Source: Minisyncoccia bacterium
Lineage (GTDB): Bacteria > Patescibacteriota > Minisyncoccia > Phycocordibacterales > UBA918
DNA length: 64,000 nt
NCBI GenBank assembly: GCA_041742075.1
Contig: JBGSJJ010000015.1
Coordinates: 1,132-65,131, forward strand
Reading direction: 5' to 3'
Shown here: piece by piece, positions 60,001 to 64,000 of the stretch
Layout: each line of letters begins with the position of its first letter
Numbering within the stretch: position 1 is the stretch's first letter
Translations under genes and position numbers: made by a program
Notes under the pieces: model-generated
Seen by the model: the letters and a program-made list of their open reading frames with translations, nothing else
Databases searched by the model: none
Told to the model about the DNA's origin: nothing

Positions 60001-63000
60001 AGTCGTGTCCACACTGAAACTAAAAGCTCCGTTCGCGCTCACCGTGGTGGTTGACTGCGTACTTGGAGTAGTCGTACCGACAGCCAGTGTAATCGTATGG
60101 ACGCCAGTCCGCGGTGTCACACCCTGATCGTTGTACAGTGTTCCAGATAGAAGTATGGTCGGGGCAGCTGGTGGCGCGCCGATAGTCCACTGCGGGGTCT
60201 CTAGGTATTCGGTTAGAGCGGTGACACTACTGGTACCAAACCCCACCCGGAAGTCGTAGACTTCCCCATTGCTGGCGGTTCCGGTCGCGACCAAGCTCCA
60301 CTCAAGCTCGGTGTAGTCATCAGTTGAAATAGCAATACTGTCGGTCGGGTTTTCGTCGTCCTGAATTCGACCTTGATCGAAGTCACCAGTATTCTTACCA
60401 GTCGGTGCACTAAGTTGCGCCGTGGTTGACGCCCCCGAGGCAGCAATGTTGCTTGAGGCTCCAAACTCAATCGATGATGGAATCGTGTAGTAGACATGAG
60501 CCACAATCTGGTCAACGCGGGCAATCCGGTTAGCTCCGTTTGCTACTCCTTGCACCGCAAAGGCAAAGCCAAAGTTACCATTATTGAAGTCGGCTGGGGT
60601 CCAGGTCGTATTCCACAACGCCGTACTACTTCCATACTGCATCTGCCGATCACCAGTACCCCAGTTCGTGGTCACCGCTATGTTTGAACCCACGAGCGCA
60701 CCGTTGCGCATTAACTGCGCCGTGTTGTCACGAATTTCTCCCGCCGAACCCCCAAATCTGTGTCGCTCGATATGGACCTCAATACCAGTAATAGTAGCGG
60801 ACGTCGGAATATTGAGTCCGCCACTGGTTGACGCCACCAGATAGTTTGAAGCAGTGGTACTCGAAACCGTTAATTGCGCAAATACATTGTCCGAGCTGCT
60901 GCTATTGCCTGGATTAGTCCACGCAATCGAGCCAGCGCTGGTATTGTTGTTCCCTGTAAGCGCTGTTTGATAACTTGCTCGAACAGTGTTGGTGGTTGGT
61001 GTCTCAGCTGGTGGAATAGCGATAGTATAAGAAACCCACTGTTCAGTCGCACTGGTAAAGGTGGCTGGGTCGTGGGTACTTGACGCCGTAATGTAACGAT
61101 GAGCGGTGTTTGAGTTGGCACCATTGGTGGTACTGGCAAACTGCGTTATAAGCCCACTATATCCAGACGGTGCCACTGTCGCGGCGGTGTTGGTGCCAGC
61201 TGAAGTGTCCCCCGAACGAGTCACAATCGATAAGTAGTCACGGGCCCCGCTGGTAACTAAGTTTGGTGGATTGCTGTTTGTACCACTACCGTCAGCCGAG
61301 AAAGCGACGGGTGTACCGGCGCCACTGATGCGATACACAATATGCGTACTTTCTTCCGAAGTACCACTGGTGATGGTGAGTACTGGCGAGGTCGTGGTCG
61401 CTATCTGCCAATACACTGCTCCCGTTGTAAGATCACCGTTATAATCAACAGCAAACCTCTCCCAACCCGCTGGTTGATTAAGTGTGCTGGTACCAGCTGC
61501 TGTGTCGAGACTTATGAGTACCATCAGCAAATCCCCTACTTGTACCCCTGACGGCATAGTAATAACGTGCGCGGTTGTGTTTACATTTGACCGACCGCTT
61601 GACGTAGCTTGGATAACCGGAAATGCATCGTCAACCCCGACCGACTTCCACACGCTTGAAGAAGAAATCTTGTATTGGAGACCGAGTTGACTTACTGTGC
61701 TCGTGCTCGTGAGATCAACCAAGGTACGGAGGCGCACGTTTTGATTTACATCAGCGGTGATACTGGTATCTTGTGCTGCTTTCCAGGTTGCTGTCGTTTC
61801 TGAGCCGTCATCGTTACGGAAGCGAAAGCCTTCTTGTGCAATTGAAGACGGGGCACTATACGTACCGATGGTAAACGAAGCACTCGTATCATACGAGCTT
61901 AACGCTGTACTACTCGACTGACCAAGTCTGACTTGATAGACCTCACTTGTCGTCGCGGTACCGGTCGCCATAATACTCCACTCAAACTCGGAGTAGTCGC
62001 TCTCGGAAATAGTCACGGTGTCAGCTGGGTTCTCGTCGTCCTGGATTCGTCCAACGTCAAAGTCACTCGTACTCTTTCCGGACGGGGCGGTGAGCTTAGC
62101 GGTAGTGTTTTCTCCGGACGCAGTAATATTGCTACTTGGCGCCAGCACGATTGGTGGCGGGAGCGTGTAGTAGACCTTGAGGTAGAGATGGTCAACATTC
62201 CCAATTCGGTTGGCGCCTGAAGCTACTCCTTTGGCTGAGAACATCAAACCAAAGTCACTAGCGTTTATTTCGGCCGGTGTCCAGGTGGTTCCCCAGAGCG
62301 CTGTGCTACTTCCGTAGTTTATGTACTGCGGATTATTAAAGATAGTTCCCGCTGCTAAGTTACTACCAATCACACTGCCCGCTTTAACTAGTCGAACTGA
62401 TGAATCTTGAATTTCTCCTGTAGTACCACCATTTGAATACGTTTTTACAGCTGCCTCAATACCTACAATAGTTGCTTGCAGTGGTATAGAAAAACCAAAA
62501 GCATTAGCTTCAAGGTAGCGTGAACTAGTGACACCTGACGCAGTGAAACTAGCATAGCTCGCATCTTCATCAATAATGTTTGTCACACCACTCCAGGCGA
62601 GAGTGCCAAATGAATTGTCTTCACTTCCGACCGGATTGCTATCGAACTGGGTTCGAAGCGAACCTTTAGTTGGTGTCTCTTTCGGCGGAATCGCCATTGT
62701 GTACGTTATCCAAAATGAAGCGAGCGCAGGTACTGACTCCGGCTGTTCACTCACAGCCTCAAGATACCGATGCATAGTCTCGACACCATGTTCACCATTT
62801 ACACCATCTGCTTGTTTAAGAATAAGACCACTGTAGCCTGCTGATGGTCTCCGCAAAAGACCTACTGCACCAGAAGCGTCATAGGACCTTGCTGCTATCC
62901 ATAAATACTTTCTCTGTCCATCAGTCGTAAGCAGTGGAAAATCAGGATCAGCAGTCGTGCCTTCAAGAGCCTGCAGTACCGGATCACCCGCACCACTCAC

Positions 63001-64000
63001 TCGGTAAGCTACATACGCTGACGTATCAGCGGCCAGAGTAGTAAATGTAACAGAAGCATCAGACGTAGTTGCTCGTTTCCAATACACATCAGTGTTGTGA
63101 CTATTGGATTCTGCCTGGTCGTGCCACTTATTCCAACCAGCGCTTGATGGCGTAGTGTTACAGTTTATTGACAAGCAACTAAAAATAACAATTAACAGAT
63201 CATCTTCAACCACACCGCTCGGTAAGGTTATAGTGTGGTTAGTAACCGCGCCGACAGACGCACCACTACTCGTGGCCATGATAGTTGGAAACGAATCATC
63301 CTCAGCTAGAGTATGCCATGAACCGTCGGTTGATTTTTTGTACTGCAGGGCAAGTTGTTCAGTACGCGCTGTGCTGGAACTATTAACCAGGCCACGAAAA
63401 CGCAGGTTGCTGTTAGTTGGCCACGTGACATTAGTGTCTTGCAAGCCTAACCATGTCGCAGAGCTTTCTGAACCATTATCATTGCGGAAGCGGTGACCTT
63501 CTTGAGCAAATGGTGGTTGATACGTACCGATTGTCACCTGCGGATTAACCGCATAAGACGCCAAGGCGGTACTCGTACCAATTCCCATACGCAAGTCATA
63601 AACCTCGCCGCGGGTGGCACCTGAAAACTCAATACTCCATTCCATTTCTGCATAATCATCATTCGATATAACAATTGTATCACTTGGGTTTTCGTCATCT
63701 TGAATCCGGCCAGCATCGAAATCGCCTGAGTTTTTACCGGCTGGTGAAGTTAACTGCACAGTGGTTGAAGCTCCTGAGGCGGTTATGTTTGAGCTTGCAG
63801 AAAGTACGACTGGGCCATCTACAGTGTAGTAGACGTTCATTTGCATATAGTCAATATTAGCTTGCCTATCTGCACCACCCACATTTCCCTGAACAGCCAA
63901 TCCAATACCAAAATTATTACTATTTACCATTGCTGGTGTAAGCGCTGTACCCCAAGTGTCCGTAATTCCCCCATATTCATAATTTAGATAAACGGTATCC
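57019..64000 (-). CDS. Giant extracellular repeat protein (more than 2300 aa), N-terminally truncated by the window edge. At least three copies of a repeat module of about 570 aa, a 5-bladed beta-propeller-like segment (blades of about 50 aa, FNPDGTKLYV...EYNLSTPWDVSTGS), and Gly-rich linkers.
   Basis: The ORF frame stays open upstream of the listed Met (63930) to position 64000. The repeat boundary motif YG..T.LWGTTWTPAE(I/F)N...FG continues upstream. Long internal repeats are visible at both protein and DNA level. Confidence 0.7.
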   Translation of the reverse strand, partial: DTVYLNYEYGGITDTWGTALTPAMVNSNNFGIGLAVQGNVGGADRQANIDYMQMNVYYTVDGPVVLSASSNITASGASTTVQLTSPAGKNSGDFDAGRIQDDENPSDTIVISNDDYAEMEWSIEFSGATRGEVYDLRMGIGTSTALASYAVNPQVTIGTYQPPFAQEGHRFRNDNGSESSATWLGLQDTNVTWPTNSNLRFRGLVNSSSTARTEQLALQYKKSTDGSWHTLAEDDSFPTIMATSSGASVGAVTNHTITLPSGVVEDDLLIVIFSCLSINCNTTPSSAGWNKWHDQAESNSHNTDVYWKRATTSDASVTFTTLAADTSAYVAYRVSGAGDPVLQALEGTTADPDFPLLTTDGQRKYLWIAARSYDASGAVGLLRRPSAGYSGLILKQADGVNGEHGVETMHRYLEAVSEQPESVPALASFWITYTMAIPPKETPTKGSLRTQFDSNPVGSEDNSFGTLAWSGVTNIIDEDASYASFTASGVTSSRYLEANAFGFSIPLQATIVGIEAAVKTYSNGGTTGEIQDSSVRLVKAGSVIGSNLAAGTIFNNPQYINYGSSTALWGTTWTPAEINASDFGLMFSAKGVASGANRIGNVDHLYLKVYYTLPPPIVLAPSSNITASGENTTAKLTAPSGKSTSDFDVGRIQDDENPADTVTISESDYSEFEWSIMATGTATTSEVYQVRLGQSSSTALSSYDTSASFTIGTYSAPSSIAQEGFRFRNDDGSETTATWKAAQDTSITADVNQNVRLRTLVDLTSTSTVSQLGLQYKISSSSVWKSVGVDDAFPVIQATSSGRSNVNTTAHVITMPSGVQVGDLLMVLISLDTAAGTSTLNQPAGWERFAVDYNGDLTTGAVYWQIATTTSPVLTITSGTSEESTHIVYRISGAGTPVAFSADGSGTNSNPPNLVTSGARDYLSIVTRSGDTSAGTNTAATVAPSGYSGLITQFASTTNGANSNTAHRYITASSTHDPATFTSATEQWVSYTIAIPPAETPTTNTVRASYQTALTGNNNTSAGSIAWTNPGNSSSSDNVFAQLTVSSTTASNYLVASTSGGLNIPTSATITGIEVHIERHRFGGSAGEIRDNTAQLMRNGALVGSNIAVTTNWGTGDRQMQYGSSTALWNTTWTPADFNNGNFGFAFAVQGVANGANRIARVDQIVAHVYYTIPSSIEFGASSNIAASGASTTAQLSAPTGKNTGDFDQGRIQDDENPTDSIAISTDDYTELEWSLVATGTASNGEVYDFRVGFGTSSVTALTEYLETPQWTIGAPPAAPTILLSGTLYNDQGVTPRTGVHTITLAVGTTTPSTQSTTTVSANGAFSFSVDTTSLLSSTTYTFFVDASTTVRAALVYQASSTNSVSGLNLYKDHVIARSATTSQMTMTPFALYDFENDSDLQFSATTTSTSTNQDQLNIRGNQTFYVWPGTSLRAAASSTFSGSFDNDGIYNATSGQFAFLTGTGRGLDGTLTGSSSLGSVTIIGSYVSSSTVASTSELTIASGGSFTAPATALTTGDLTNSGTFSDNGGTLNLSGQGYFSNQVTPVDTFSVSGQETSPMGLEFNSDGTKLYVIGSSGDDITEYNLSTPWDVSTGSFVDTFSVAGQDTAPSGLAFNPNGTKLYVLGDFGNDINEYNLSTPWDVSTGSFVDTFSVAAQETFPMDLAFNPDGTKLYVSGEAGFDINEYNLSTPWDVSTGSFVDTFSVAAQDSYPSGIAFNALGTELYVSGVEFARVVKYTLATPWDVSTGSFVRNLSVSSQEGAPTGLAFNPDGTNLYVIGVSGVEINEYRVSGELAGTLTGTSDLGTIIASAGTTTLPMNASTTNLTINSGATLIASSSLGVSGDFTINGNFRAATSTVYLTGTTQTIQNNATTSFFNLTKNVTSSSTLTFGAGDEFETRGTLTLNGTAGNLLSLRSTSPGTQYYIDPYATATVSYLNVQDSRNISVTTTPISCLTGCVDSGNTTNWSYVAVPDLVLGEHEDGQPSNVFSFQNQNDVAIFAFSLTPSATTTISSLTLRVSDISNRVSTSSIPDLRLYRDINSNSLLDGGDVQVGGTGVFATSSATQGTIVFSTSFISSTTQNFIVTSDTVDIDKREALVLKLYPADIIGSANVSGAVSQVYHNRESNTGSSGGGSSASIGGAPPAGQGVQTGGGEEGGGEAGQETDGENIAPNPNFLRPSAQSGGWTNGGNALVSDNTRAQAPSATTHVFNGFGFAIPVTNTIVGIEVKLDSRYSNQAGTIAVDLSWNTGSNYTSTKLTPTLANTDAVYTLGGPTDAWGHSWTPAEFSDATLRVRVLSSIADLQLDGIEVRVYHQATGGGGGGGGAI

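Overview
The window is 64 kb from a compact bacterial genome of about 47% GC. Almost every gene is on the minus strand. Gene content points to a reduced-genome, Gram-positive-like or CPR/Patescibacteria-type organism: short aminoacyl-tRNA synthetases, a split transketolase, a NusB-NUDIX fusion, pilins, a sortase and a T-box-like thrS leader. Housekeeping genes in order are rpoC (partial, runs off the window edge and is not in the ORF track), rpoB, trmD, a TrpR/YerC-like regulator, a KH protein, rpsP, rnr, smc, rnc, nusB-nudix, rpmF, rnhB, dnaE, thrS, gyrB, pheT, pheS, tRNA-Thr(UGU), tsf, rpsB, prfA, rpmE, rplY, and a sugar-metabolism block (tkt N and C halves, rpe, rpiB, gap). The 3' 11 kb holds a cell-surface cluster: an FN3 protein, two paralogous secreted beta-rich proteins, a DUF916-like anchored protein, and a repeat-rich adhesin-like protein of more than 2300 aa that continues past the window end. 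The points most worth a second look are listed here. (1) A MazF/PemK toxin plus leaderless RHH antitoxin cassette, with its own palindromic operator, bracketed by 52-60 bp direct repeats that duplicate the 3' end of trmD. (2) Two self-contained islets at about 60% GC, each with a consensus sigma70 promoter, a small paralogous ORF and a terminator. (3) A T-box-like leader upstream of thrS with a GGTGGAACCGCGG core and a competing terminator. (4) A 15-20 bp palindromic motif, ACCTATCAT-YA-ATGATAGGT, found three times: flanking the TrpR-like gene and inside the thrS leader. (5) A NusB fused to a NUDIX hydrolase. (6) A sortase next to a 933-aa Ig-repeat protein whose LPXTG-like signal (VPYTG, TM segment, RRD) sits in the middle of the protein. 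(7) A tandem repeat of terminator-plus-promoter units upstream of rpmE. (8) A 41-nt perfect palindrome inserted in frame in rnhB. (9) A GC-rich 570-bp gap with RNase P RNA-like motifs. Coordinates for non-ORF elements were mapped by hand and may be off by 1-2 nt.
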